A stretch of DNA of 64,000 bases from the human T2T-CHM13v2.0 reference genome, Homo sapiens: assembly GCF_009914755.1 (NCBI RefSeq), contig NC_060930.1. The stretch is one strand, 5' to 3'. The first letter of the stretch is position 1; each line of letters starts with the position of its first letter. Under the pieces are notes generated by a model, which saw nothing but the letters and a program-made list of their open reading frames with translations, was not told the origin of the DNA and did not search any database. The position numbers and the translations under genes are program-made. Below are positions 14,958 through 27,929 of the stretch, one piece after another.

Positions 14958-15290
14958 CTGAAAAGTTCAGTTAGCTGCTCAGAAAATCTAACCCAAATTA
15001 CATTTTTCTTTTTATTTCACATTATGCATATTCTAATTTCACCTTCACTATGAACTGTGCTTATTTTTATGTTCCCTGAAATATAACTTTCCTTGTTATT
15101 TAATTTGAGTACATTCTTCTCTTTTTTCCTAAGTACTTAGCTATTCACTTTCTAAGGTATTTCATTTAGTTGTATTCATTTTATAAACTCTGTCCATTTA
15201 TTTGCATAAGATTCATTTTTTTCTCTCATTCCTGTGAAGGACTAATGATAGCTATCTGTCATCAGCAAATTTTATGAATCTATATCTTAC

Positions 15291-15399
15291 CTGTTTTATT
15301 TTTCAAGGAGATAATAATTCTCGGTATTACTATAGCATCTTTCATTTTATAACTCTCAGTGCTTCAAAAATTATCCAATTGGTATTTATATAGTAGCTA
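15291..15399 (-). other. Candidate exon (109 nt), stops in all frames
   Basis: Minus strand catttactttttccag|TAGC...AACAG|gtaaga. Confidence 0.4.
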
Positions 15400-15557
15400 C
15401 TGGAAAAAGTAAATGGTGGTACACATTTTATAAATATTTAGCTATTGGGATTATAACCAATTCTATCAAGTAATTGAAGGTAAATTACTCTCCTTTCTTG
15501 GAATGGTTAATCTGGTTTCAGCATGGCCCATCCATGACACAGTCATGAGTATCTTAC

Positions 15558-15657
15558 CATTTGGGCTTCTTCTGCTGTATCTGTGTGCCAGGGATCTTCA
15601 AATAGGTATATGTTTCAGTCGGCCCCTTTTCAGGCCAGAGGTGGTTTCTGAGAGTAC
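15558..15657 (-). other. Candidate exon (100 nt)
   Basis: Minus strand tatgttgtatgttccag|GTAC...AATG|gtaaga. Confidence 0.4.
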
Positions 15658-16574
15658 CTGGAACATACAACATAATAAATATTAATTTCCCACCTATTCT
15701 GAGTAGAGACTAAAATGCATACTGTCTCTTAGGACTGATCATTTTTGGTAGAATTGTACAAATCATATGCAACTTAAAAGGTCATGTGATAAGGGTGAAT
15801 TTCTCATGCTGTGCTACTGTATATGATAATGAGTGTTGCTCATTCTGTTCGTGTTCAATCCAGTGGGGGAACAAAAAATGTACACAAATGATTAAAATCC
15901 AGTGGGAGAGTTGGTTCTAAAGGTGTGAGTAGAGTGCAAAGTAAATCACTACAGATAAAATCATAAATTGCACCTTGGAAACTCAAGAATATTTCCAAAA
16001 GAAGCTAAGATTTGAGCATTGAAGTTTGCATTCCAGAGAGAGAGAACAGTATGAGTAAAATCAGTTCTGAACAACCGAAGTATACCATCTGAGTAAAGTC
16101 AAGGATGGTTTATAGCAAGAAAATGAAAGCCTCCTAAGCTAGTGACTATAAGCATTTTAATTATACATATGATTTTGAATCAAAGAAAAATTTAAACATC
16201 TAGAACACACAAAAAAAGTGACAACTGTAGAATTTTCAAAACTTCTGTTATTCATAAGTGAAATTTCCTTCCCCATGTTTCTCTTTTCTATTCCATTGCC
16301 AATTAATTCAGGCTCTCATCATCCTTATTTCAAATACCCAGGTAAATATTCTAGTTAAGTCAGTTTGAGAGAAGTGACTCTCTCCTTAATTTTTTCAGCT
16401 GTTCAAGGCCCAGAAAAATGAGCGGTACTGTTATGTGAAGAGTATTTGAGCGAGAGTAGTTTCTTTGAAAATGGAATGGCTAGGAAATGTATATGTCAGA
16501 CTGACATGTTCCTTAGAAGGATAGTAGCAGATGATGACCATTGAAATTTGTACGTGGATGAAAATATGAAAGAC

Positions 16575-16905
16575 TGTTTTTCCATTAATCGTTGCTGTGT
16601 AACAAGCCACCTCAAACTTAGTGACGTAAAACAACCATTTGTTATGTTCACATCTTCTATGAGTCAGAAATTCAGGTAGGATGCCATAGGAACAGCTTCT
16701 TTCTATTACATTATGTTTGAAGTCTCAGCTGGGAAGACGTGGTGCCTGAGAATAATGCAATGACTAGGGGCTGGAATTATCTGAAGGCTTTTCATTCACG
16801 TGACTTGCAGTTGATGCTGGCTATGGGCTGGGACTTCAGCTAGGTCTGCCAGTCACAATACCTACACATGACCTCTCCATGTGGCTACTTGAGCTTTCTC
16901 ACTTA
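16575..16905 (-). mobile_element. MLT1G/H-like MaLR LTR fragment
   Basis: gttgctgtgtaacaagccacctcaaacttagtgacgtaaaacaacc... Confidence 0.7.
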
Positions 16906-16909
16906 CTAT

Positions 16910-17690
16910 TTTAATAAAAAAAAATATTTAAAGGAAAATGAACATGAGTAAACGTTTATATCATTTAGCATATAGGAAAGAGAAAAGGTTAATATGATAA
17001 TTTTTTTAAGATTCTTAAAAATTAGTGAGAAAGTGATGAACATCAAATAGAAATTAAAGTGCATTAAGAAAACTAAAATTACAAATAGCTAACAAGCACA
17101 TGAAAAAATATTAATTTCCCAATCACATAAAGAAATGCAAGTAAAATTAAAAATAAGATAGCTTTTTTTCACCTTATCAGATTGGCAAAGATGACATTTT
17201 GGAGGATACCTTCAGTTGTCAAGAGTGTGAAGAAAAGGAAATTCAAAGTACTGGTAGTGAGAGAGCGAACTTACATAAATTTTTTGGAGGACAGTCTGGA
17301 AAATGCATAATAATTTAAATTTTGCATATGCTTTATCTATGCTTTATGAGAACATTTTAATTTCTAGGAATTTATCTTCAGGAAATTTTTAAACAGTACA
17401 AAGATGCATATAAAATGTCATTCAAAATAGCATGGTTTATAATTAATAGCAAAAAATTACATATAGTTACATATTAATTATGAATTAGGGCATAGTTTAT
17501 AATTAATAGTAAAAAATTACAAATGACCTATCTTACAAAAAAATAAGAATTGGTTAAATGGAAATGAGAATTGTAATAAATACAGTCATTAAAATAATTA
17601 TGTAATTTAGTTTTATTGACATAATAAGATGTCCAAGATATGATAATAATGGACCAGGGAAAACAAGCATACAAAACATCATGAACTATA
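16910..17690 (+). mobile_element. Old L1ME-type 3' fragment
   Basis: aacaagcacatgaaaaaata..gaaatgcaa..caccttatcagattggcaaag. Confidence 0.65.
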
Positions 17691-17701
17691 TTATTTTTAT
17701 T

Positions 17702-17732
<31 letters not shown>

Positions 17733-18010
17733 TTTGAGACCGGGTCTCACTCTATTGCCGAGGCTGGATTGCAGTGGTGCAATTACAGCTCACAGCAGCC
17801 TCAAGCTATCCTGGGCTCAAGTGATCCTCCCACTTCTGCCTCCTGAGTAGCTGTGACAACAGGGATGTGCCACCATGATCAGCTAATTTTTGTATTTTCT
17901 GTAGAGATGGAGTTTTGCCATGTTGGCCTCAAACTCCCAGGCTTAAGCAATCCACCCTCTCCAGCCTCTCAAAGTGCTGGGATTATAGGCATGAACCACC
18001 ACACCCAATC
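17690..18010 (-). mobile_element. AluJ with (TTTA)n tail
   Basis: Reverse Alu; ctgggctcaagtgatcctcccac J-type diagnostics. Confidence 0.93.
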
Positions 18011-19756
18011 TTAATTTTTGTTAATTTTTTAATAGAAAAAGGTGCCTATGTTTAAATGCATAAAAACTAAAATATCCAGAATAAGAGCTTCAACCAAGAA
18101 ATACATATTTGAGAAAATTTCTACATTTAAGTGTGATAAATAAAGAAAGGCAGACATTTATTCATTTGTTGAATGCTTGCTTGTTGCAGATAATTTTTCT
18201 GGGTGCTAGAAATAGGAAATGAAGAAAGCAGATAGAGCCATGACTTGAAAAGCAGAGTGTGGCTGTGACCACACAGGATCTCCTCTCTAACCCTTCAAAA
18301 ATAATGAATCTTTCCAGAATTTTTTTTTTTTGCTCTTCTCTGAGAATTCAGAAAATTGGCAGGGGAGGAAATGGAGAAGGATTAAGGAATGGTAGATAAG
18401 TTCATTACATATTGAAAACTAGGAACAGAAGATATTGGCTATAGAGCTAATAGTCCCTGGGACTCAAAGGAATTTTTTTTCATGTTTCTGTGAAAAGAGG
18501 CTATGAAAAAAAATAGAGTTTGTGTTGACAGAGGGTGAAAAAGGAAATTTAAAAAGGATTTTAAGAAGGATTGTTGGTGATTTTGTGTGCCTTTTACAAA
18601 GTACACTAGTAAATGAAGTAAAGGATTTGTATTTATTTGAAATTATTTGTTTCTACTGCCTGGTTTATAAGCACTAGAATGGAGGGAGTGCAAAAGAGGA
18701 AATTTCAACCTAGTCAGGAAGCAGATGAAGCCTCACTGAGATTATGGTGTCTAAACTCAGATTTAGAGATAAGTATAGAGAAAAGAGCAGAGATCCCAGA
18801 GAGAAGGAACAGCATTTTAAATACCCAGAGAGAAAGTCTCTAAAGTACCTTAAATCAAATCAAATAAATCTAGTCTGTTGAAAGAAGCTGTGGTTCAGGA
18901 AGTGAACAGGACATTATACATACCTTAGACACATGGATTTTAATACACTGTGTGAATTAGACTTTGGGCCATAAGGCCCAGGCCTGGTAAAGGACTTGGA
19001 ACTGAGCTTTCTGGAAAAGAAAAACTTAGAGCTAGACAAGTATTTTTCCATCTTTGCATAGAGACCAAACAAAGAGATAGTCTGTGTTCATGAACTGGAA
19101 AACTTAATATTGCTAAGATGTCAGTTCTTCCCAATTTGATATATAGATTTAATGCAATCTCAATAAAAATTCCATCAAGCTATTTTGTAAATACTAACAA
19201 ATTGATTCAAAAGTTTATATAGCAAGGCAAAAGACCTAGAAGAGCTAATATAATACTGAAGAAGCACAAAAAAATTGTAGTGTTCACACTTCACTGTCTC
19301 AAGATTTACTAAAATCTATGATGATCAAGATATGGTATTACCTAAAGAATGGACACATAGATCAATGGAACAGAGAGTCCATAAACAGACCCACACAAAT
19401 ATAGTAAATTAATTTTTGACAAAGATAAAAAAGGAACTGAATGGAGAAAGAATAGTATTTTTCAACAAATGGCTGAAACATTTGAACACCCATATGCAAA
19501 ACAATAAATTCAGATGCAAGCCTTATACTTTTTACAAAAATTAACTAAAAACAGATTATAAATGTAAACGTAAAATGCAAACTGGAACACTTCTTGAAGA
19601 AAACAGGAGAAAATCTACATAACCTTTGGTTTAGCGGTAAGTTTTTAATTGGACACTGAAAGCATGATCCATGAAAGGAAAAAATTGATAAATTGGACTT
19701 CACAAAAATGTAAAAATGTTTTTAGCTTAAAAGAACCAAATTGCAGAGTGAAAAGA

Positions 19757-20127
19757 TGTCACAGTCTGTTCAGGCTGCTATAACAAAATACCAGAAACTG
19801 AGTAGCTTATAAACAACACAAATTTATTTCTTACAGTTCTGAAGGCTGGGAAGCCCAAGGTCAAGGTGCCAGCAAATTTGGGTCTGGTGAAGATCTTCCT
19901 CCTCATAGATGGTGACTTCTTGCTATGTCCTCACATGATGGGAAGGGCTAGATAGCTCTCTGCGTTCTCTTATATAACAGCACAAATAGCATTTATGAGG
20001 GCCCTTAAGATCTGTAAGATCTTACAAAGATCATCTCTCAAAGGCCTTGGCTCTTAATACTGTCAGCTTGGGAGTTAGGATCTAAATAAATGAACTCTGA
20101 GGGGATACAAATATCCATACAGAAGCA
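19757..20127 (-). mobile_element. MLT1A/MST-type MaLR LTR
   Basis: ggctgctataacaaaatacc..gcttataaacaac..ggctgggaagcccaaggtcaaggtgccagca. Confidence 0.8.
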
Positions 20128-20518
20128 AAATACAATCCAAGAAATTGGAGAAAATATCTGCAAATCATATATTTGGTAAAGGATATCTAGAATACACAAA
20201 GATTTTCTACAACTCAACAACAAAAAACCAAAAGGATATTTTTAAATAGGTAAAGGATTTGAATAGACATTTCTCCAAAGAAGACATACACAAGACCAAT
20301 TCACCAATAAGTGCATGAAAAGATATTTAACATCAGCAATCATTAGAGAAATGCCAATTGAAGCCACAGTGAGATATAAACACATACCCATTAGGATGGT
20401 TGTTATGAAATAAATTCCCAGAAAATTGGTGAGGATGGAGAGAATCTGGAACCTTTCTGCACAGTTGGCAGAAAAGCAAAATGGTGCCGCCACTATGAAA
20501 AACAGTATGGAAGTTCCT

Positions 20519-20853
20519 GCTGGGTGTGGTGGCTCAGGTCTGTAATCCCAGCACTTTGGGAGGCCAAGGCGGTGGATCACGAGGTCAGGAGTTTGAGTCC
20601 AGCCTGGCCAACATGGTGAAACCTCATCGCTACTAAAAATAAAAAAAAGAAAAATTAGCCAAGCATGGAGGTGCATGCCTATAGTCCCAGCTACTCGGGA
20701 GGCTGAGGCAAGAAATTGCTTGAACCCGGGAGGTGGAGGTTAGAAGTTAGCTGTGCCACTGCACTCCAGCCTGGGCAACGGAGTGAGACTCTGTCTCAAC
20801 AACAACAACAACAACAAAACAAAAACAAAAGAAGAAGAAGAAAAGAAAAAGAA
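20519..20853 (+). mobile_element. AluS (Sg-like) with compound tail
   Basis: 24-bp flanking duplication atgaaaaacagtatggaagttcct. Confidence 0.95.
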
Positions 20854-22257
20854 ATGAAAAACAGTATGGAAGTTCCTCAAAATATTAAAAATAGAACTAA
20901 CATATGATCCAACAGTTCAACCTCTGGGTATGTTCCTAGTGGTATTATTCACAATAACTAAAGAGTGTAAACAACCCAATTGTTTATTGATGGATAAACA
21001 AATTACTGGAAAGAAAAATGGATAAACAAATTATTTTACAAACATGAACAGTCTTATCACACAATCCAGCAATTGCTCTCCTAAGGTACTTACTCAACTG
21101 ATTTTAAAACTATATACACATGGAGACTGTAAAAGCTACAACCTCTGATTTAGAGACAGAAACCTTGCCTGGGCCATGAGTAGAAAGAATAATTCTCAGC
21201 AAAACAGGATCCAAGCCTTTATCTTGCATGAGGGTGCAACCCAACTTCACAATATCCATACGGTTCCGAAGCCTTGAACACGAAGCTAGTATTAAACATA
21301 GTCGCAAACTGGTGACCCAATAGGGTCCTGGTAACATTGAAATTGCAACACAGGGATTTTCAAAATCCAAGGAATGTCCAGGTCTTTGGGGAAAAATCTC
21401 CCACTGGAGACAAGCACAGCAAAAGCCAGAATGAGATACTTCATACTAAGGAAACAGAGATCAAAGAGATTCAAAAGACCTTTTAAAATAAGTAGGTTTA
21501 AAATATTTAGAGAGATCAAGGAAGCAAGAGAATCCATCAAGAGTAAGGATTTTATGAGGGAAAAAAACTCATGTATTTGAAAAAGAACCAAATGGAGATT
21601 CCTGAAATAAAAATAGTCACTGAAATTAAAAAAATAATAATAACAGATAAGTTAAACAACAGGCTACTGAAAGATCAAACGAGATGAGAACAGAAAATTC
21701 TGCATTAATCTAACAAAAGAGATGATGGCCTGAATAGTGCAGTGGCAATGAGAGTAGAAAGAAGTGGAGAAATTTAAGTATTTAGAAAATAGAATCAACA
21801 AATTATTGAAGGAAAATACTTAATCCTCCCCAAAATTCATTCATGACTTAGAAGAGAGGCACTGTGGCTATGGTCTGAGGTGTTGCAGTAGCTTCTTCAC
21901 AATACCTGGCACATGGTGTTGAATGCTGCTGTCATTTCATTTGTTTTGTGTTGTTGTTATCATTAAAGTTGATCAGCAACTGCTGAAAACTAAAGAAGGA
22001 GATGGAGAGTCTCCTAATATATTTAGGGAGCCTAGACCCTATCTTTTGTTGCATCGCATCGTCAAAATATTTCACAGAATGGCTTAGCAGAGAGCTGCTG
22101 TTTCTGCCACATTGCACAAAAATTGACTGAAATATGAAATAAATCAGATAGCTCAGAAAACACACATCATTGTATGCAATAATGCACCAAATGATAAAGG
22201 AAGCAACCCAAATCAGTATTTGGAGAGACAGAATTATTAAATCAATGATGCTGGCAC

Positions 22258-22284
22258 AGCAGCAGCAGCAGCAACAGCAACAAC
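22258..22284. repeat. (CAG)5 CAA CAG CAA CAA triplet repeat
   Basis: Read directly from the sequence. Confidence 0.9.
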
Positions 22285-22774
22285 ATACTATTACCTCACA
22301 ATGCTGAAACAATTAGGTTAGGAAGGCATATGGAAAAAGATTTGTCACAGAATTAGAGAGATGCATCTTTAAAGGTTTCTTTTAAAAAATATGTAAATTT
22401 GTTTTTGTGGACAAATTCTCATGGAATAAATTTTTTTATGAGAATATGCAATGCTCAAAAATGTTCAGTAAAATAAGCACACTCTTACACTGCTGGTGGA
22501 AGGCTAATATGTACAGTTTAAAAACATTATCAGCAAGTTTTAAGCAGCCTAAGAATATTTGTACATTTTAATGTAATAATTCGACCTCTAAGAATGTACT
22601 GTAAGAAAATTGTAGAAATGAAGAAAGCTATGCATTGAAAATGTGGTTTATAAGCGAAAAGATTGGATACAATCTAAACATTTAATCAACAGGTAGTGGT
22701 TGTAATAGATGGTCTGGTTATATTGGACTATTACACAGCCATAGAAATCTACTCATAAGTAATTTTTAATTAGT

Positions 22775-23560
22775 TGTGCACAATTGTTCTCCTTTTGTTC
22801 CCCACCTTCCTGATCCGGTACCTTCCATTCCCTTCTCTGACCTGTTTTCTGGCAAGCTGACTAATGCAGGCTGCATCCTATGGTTTCTCTGCCTTCTGGG
22901 CTTTCAGTTGGCTTTGGCCTATGAGGGTCACTGGCAGGAGATCAAAGGGTACGAACGGGGAGAGATAGTGGATTTTTTTCCTGATCCCTCTCTGCTGTTG
23001 GGCAGCTTCTCCAGCAGAAGCTGTGTCTCTTTAAAGCCACAGTTATGGCCGGGCGCGGTGGCTCACGCCTGTAATCCCAGCATTTTGGGAGGCCGAGGCG
23101 GGCGGATCACGAGGTCAGGAGATCGCGACCATCCTGGCTAACACGGTGAAACCCCGTTTCTACTAAAAAATAGAAAAAAATAGCCGAGCGTGGTGGCAGG
23201 CGCCTGTAGTCCCAGCTACTCGGGAGGCTGAGGCAGGAGCACGGCATAAACCCGGGAGGCGGAGCTTGCAGTGAGCCGAGGTTATGACATTGGGCCACAG
23301 AGCAAGACTCCGTCTCAAAAAAAAAAAAAAAAAAAGCCACAGTTGCCATGAAGCTGCCCTTCCTTAGCCACATCAGTTCCTACTGAGCTTCCAAAAAACA
23401 ATATGTCCTTCTTTTGTCTCTTGGCCCTATAACTTCCTGTGGTTGCTGGCATCGGATGCCCAACAACCCTCATTTGTTCCTGATCTCCAACCACAATTCC
23501 ATGTGGAATCCTTTCACGAAGTCTCTTCATTTAAACTTTCTTAGGGAATTTCATAACCAG
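22775..23560. mobile_element. LTR33-like ERVL LTR (split by AluY)
   Basis: ttcagttggctttggcctatgagggtcactggcaggagatc resembles recalled LTR33. Confidence 0.65.
23047..23335 (+). mobile_element. AluY with small internal deletion
   Basis: CpG-rich; gatcgcgaccatcctggctaacacgg and gcggagcttgcagtg diagnostics; TSD aaagccacagtt. Confidence 0.96.
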
Positions 23561-24038
23561 ACTGAGATGTGTGTGAATTTTTTAGTTTTAAGACTGCATT
23601 GTCTGTATGACCTAGTATCAAAAGATATACAAAATATTGTAGAGAAACAAAGAACATGTAAAGAAAAATTGATTCTGAAAATTATGAATAAGAAAGACAT
23701 ATTCCCTTTATCTATTTCCTACTTTCTAAATATTTTTACAATAAACACGTATTTCTTTATGATAAAGTAGTAACTCTAAAAATTAGGTGAACACATTTTA
23801 TATATATTTCTCATGTTAAAAAGTACATTAAGTTACCTTTTTTATGATTTCCAACTGATTTTCAGTTATTCAGTGTTCTTTTATAGAAACATACCTAGTT
23901 TTTTGTCCACATCAAAATAAACATCTTGCCAGAAATTTTTCTTACCTCTTACTTGCAACCGAGATCTTTCTGTTCTTGAAAGGAGATGATGTGAGACCCA
24001 ATTTTGTTCCTACTTTTTAATAGAAACTTTAGTATCTT

Positions 24039-24385
24039 TGTTTTAAAATTTCAACTTTTATAGATATGGGTTTTTCCAGGTTTGTTACATGGGTATATTG
24101 CACCCAGGTAGTGAGCTTAGTATCCAATAGGTAGTTTTTCAACCCACACCCCTCTAGCAGGTCCCGGTGTCTGTATTTCCCATGTTTATGTCCATGTGTG
24201 CTCAATGTTTAGCTCCCACTTGTAAGTGAGAAAGGCAGTATTTGGTTTTCTGTTCCTGCATTAATTTGCTTAGGATTATGGCCTCTGGCTCCACCTATGT
24301 TGCTGCAAAGGACATGATTTTATTCTTTTTAATGGCTATGTAGTATCCCATGGTGTATATGTACCACATTTTCTTTATGCAATCC
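24039..24385 (-). mobile_element. 5'-truncated L1PA (older primate L1) 3' end
   Basis: Reverse L1 3'UTR; exact 14-bp TSD aactttagtatctt at 24025-24038 and 24386-24399. Confidence 0.9.
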
Positions 24386-24555
24386 AACTTTAGTATCTTG
24401 CCACTAAAAATATTTTCATCAAGCATAATTGGGGCAAACTTTCCTCTACTTTAATTTTCTTTGTGTGTACAGAGCTCAATTAATGTACTTCTGGCATTGA
24501 GAAGATGGCGTGACATTTCTGATTGGAAATGTGAGAAGAACAAAATCTTCCTCAC

Positions 24556-24738
24556 CTTCCTGTTTTCTCTTGATGCCAGCCTCCAACAGAGACCATTAGC
24601 CCTCCTTTGTCTTTTCATGCTACAAGTTGTGCCAGAGTCTGTTGAGAGGATACCTGCCCCATGTCCAGAGTTTTCCATAAATGGATGAAATCTTTCTAAT
24701 TCTGGGATTCTGGTAGCAAGCCCATTCTGCTAATGCAT
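24556..24738 (-). other. Candidate exon (171-183 nt)
   Basis: Strong donor GAAG|gtgagg; weak acceptor (ctttag or tagcag); one frame open after codon 3. Confidence 0.3.
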
Positions 24739-27700
24739 CTAAAGCCACGTTATGCTTCTTCACTTCTGGCAGTGATAAGGATTATATTTTGGCTCATATA
24801 TTTACTCTTTTGTTTTATGGCTCAAATAATTTAACAATAATGTGAGAAAGAGGGATGATATTTGTTGATGGCCTCCTCAGAAACCCTAATAATTCATGAT
24901 TCTTTCACAATCATAGGTACACCTGGATAATTTTTACTCAGTAATAGAGCATTCTTGTTAGTTCAAGTTTTGCTATACATAGCCCTAATTTTCGAGGCCA
25001 GAGGGCATCATACTATTCTTAAATGGCCCATGGTAATTTCTTGGAGAATGCAGCAGGTCAAACAACAAAGAAAGCAGAGTGAAGATCTTTTGGGGCTCTG
25101 GAATGTCTATATATCAGGACCATAAACGCAGTTATTGAGTTATACATAGGACTTCCCTTTCCTCATATCCTTTTAGCTCTAGAATGCCAAAAAATAAAAT
25201 GGGCAAAATAAGTATCGGGGACTTTTATCACTCTCCTTAAAACTTTATTTTTTACATGTCTCAGTGATGCAGCATTACAAATTAGGCAATGAGACCATTC
25301 TAATCTAACAGATATTTCTTCTTAATATTAAGATAGTATATTAGAGGCACTGTTGCATTTCTAGTTTGCTATATCTTAAGTGTTAGCCATTCACATAATT
25401 TTGAAGTCTTTTATTAGTAATTCTATTCATTCCACTTGAATAGATCTTCATTTCATGAATCATTGTGCACTCAACTTTTTCTTAAATAAAATAATTTTAA
25501 TGAAATAATTGTATGTCAGTTTATATTTTATTATCATTAAAGCTATAATTTAATATTATATTCATTGTGTAATCTGTTAATAAAAAATATCATGAAGGTA
25601 AGTAATTCATGTCTTTCAGACTCCATGAAAAATTGATATGTTCTGTTGACAATTTGCCAACAGGAGGTCAATTAGCCTGGGACACCCTTCACACCGTATG
25701 GTGAATCATGATCATTCCACTTGTTTTAGAAAAAAAAATTAATTACAGTACTTACCATGTGTCAAGCACTGCACTCATTACTCTACCATCTTAGAGTATA
25801 AAAGGAAAGATATATGTTAATTGAGTAATCACAGAAATAATTGTTTAATTATAAACTGTGAAAGATATCATAAATAAAAGTATATAATATGTCCAGGGAT
25901 GGCAGGTAAATGTAGGAAACATTGGTCGATAGTATAATGATCCTTTTGCCCCACAGCTAATAAAAATTTTCAGCCTCTAAAATTGACCTCTTGCATGTAA
26001 GTTAAACCACCACATGAACTTACAATATTTATAGACAACTCTTTCTCTAAAATTCATCAAAGGCCAGTAACTTGGAGAAAACTTTTTTTTCAATGTTGCA
26101 TGCATTGTGACCCAAAAATCAGAATACCTGAACTCCATTCCTGAACTTCCCCGAATTCCAACAGGGGACTTAGGCAAGTAAATTGACCTCTACGGGCTTC
26201 CGTGGCTTCGCATGCAAGATGAAGGTGTTGGATCAGGTCACCTCAAAGACTACACTAAGCTAAAGAATCTCTTATTCTATAACCTGAGAGACATAGTCTC
26301 AATTACTATAAAGTAAGCCTATACCTGTAGAGGTTACCTGTCATACAGAATCTACAGGAATATTGGCATTAAATTTTGATGAAGGATCCCTTTAGTCCTT
26401 TACCAAAATAATGTATAACTGTGTAGAACTAATACATGAAATGAAAATAGAATTTGCTTTTGGCTTTGAATATGGCACCTGATTATCCTGAAATGTAGTT
26501 TCCCAAAGGAATATCTGTTCCCTAATGGAAGTTGGTATGGAATATACTAAAAAATTATTAGAAGATAAATTAATCTGTATAAGGCAGTAGGAACCTCAGA
26601 AAGCTTTTCTTTTTGCTCAATATAATGTAAGTCCACCTGCTATACACATTTCCAGAAATGCTCCATTTCTCCCAAACACACAGAGCATTGATAATTACCT
26701 GCTTAATAGTGTCTTTCTTCTCCAGCAGACACAATATCCCATTTACTGCTGTATGATTCCGTTTTTGCTACAGTAACACAAAAAAAAACTTCTAGGAGTC
26801 TTAGAATAACAAATTTATTTCTTGTTAAGATTTTATGTCAACCCAACATTCAGCTGGCTTGACTAATTAAGACGCCAGGCTTCTGGTTGAGTTTAGATAG
26901 TCTCCACATAGTTTTCATTCTGGGACTAAGACTACAGAAACAGTGATTGCATGAGGAATGGTATTTTGGCAAATGGCAATAATGCAAGAAGAAAGAGAAA
27001 CTCATGACACTTCTTAAGCCTCATTTAAGAATAGTCACACTGTCTCATCTTCACACATTTCATTAGTCAAAGAAATCCCATGAACAAGCCCAAAATCAAT
27101 GAGGGTGAAATATATTCTGCCCATTCTGCTGGGGACAGGAATATAAACTGTTGAACAATAATAAAGCCTAGAATAGCTGCCCTTCACACACTATGGTACA
27201 TGATACATAGTGGATGCCTACATTTTTTGGAAGAATTTATAAAATTTGATAACATGTCATTTATTTCCCCAAATAGTCCATGATCTTTTGTCTGTCTTTG
27301 AAATATAAATGTTCTTTTCCCCTCATATGACAATAATAATTGATAATCTTAATTTTTCCCAAATTCAGCATAGATCAGGGAAGAGTTTACCATTGTATCT
27401 CCAGTTCCTAGTTCAATAACTTTCACATAATCAATGTTCAACAAATATTTTTAGATAAATGAATAAATAGTGACTCCATTTAGACAAATATTATCTACTT
27501 TTTTAAACAAATAAAATAAAGCTAAGATTAAGATCTAGTAAGTGATTAATCCTAGGGCACTTTAGCATCACTTTCTATATAAATCTAGTGACTCATTATG
27601 CCCTTTTGTGAACTCTATTTAAAATTTATGGTATGCTGGTTGGAAATAGTTTTCGAAGTTAAATATACCCTACTGAGATTACATGGGCATCATGAAAACA

Positions 27701-27929
27701 GTCTTTTAGGCCTATAAATTTCATCCTCATGCTTTCAGGATATTATCATTATCTTAAAAAGTAATATTTAATCTCTCATGTGGGTATTGTACTTTGATGT
27801 GTTAGTCTTTACTGTTCATTAAAAATACTTTCCATGTACCTATTAGGCTCAAGCTTTTGTTTGGTATACAAAAAAATAAATAAATAAAACAAATAAAAAA
27901 TAAAAACAGTTTCTGTTTTTCAAGTTTTG

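Larger units (their letters stand above)
19060..21125 (+). mobile_element. Old L1M ORF2 3' part
   Basis: tgttcatgaactggaaaacttaatattgctaagatg..gatcaatggaacag; interrupted by an MaLR LTR and an Alu. Confidence 0.85.

Noticed and set aside
14719-15366. EALRV encoded twice on the minus strand with synonymous differences, plus a repeated 12-mer gatcttcaaata
   Set aside because: The offsets differ (about 632 vs 934 bp), the matches are short and stops follow; compatible with chance
21932-22312. 126-aa poly-Cys ORF on the minus strand
   Set aside because: Antisense reading of the CAG/CAA tract; no ATG start and no recognisable homology
24992-25010. CTCF-like ggccagagggcatc
   Set aside because: Lacks the upstream CC of the core; weak match
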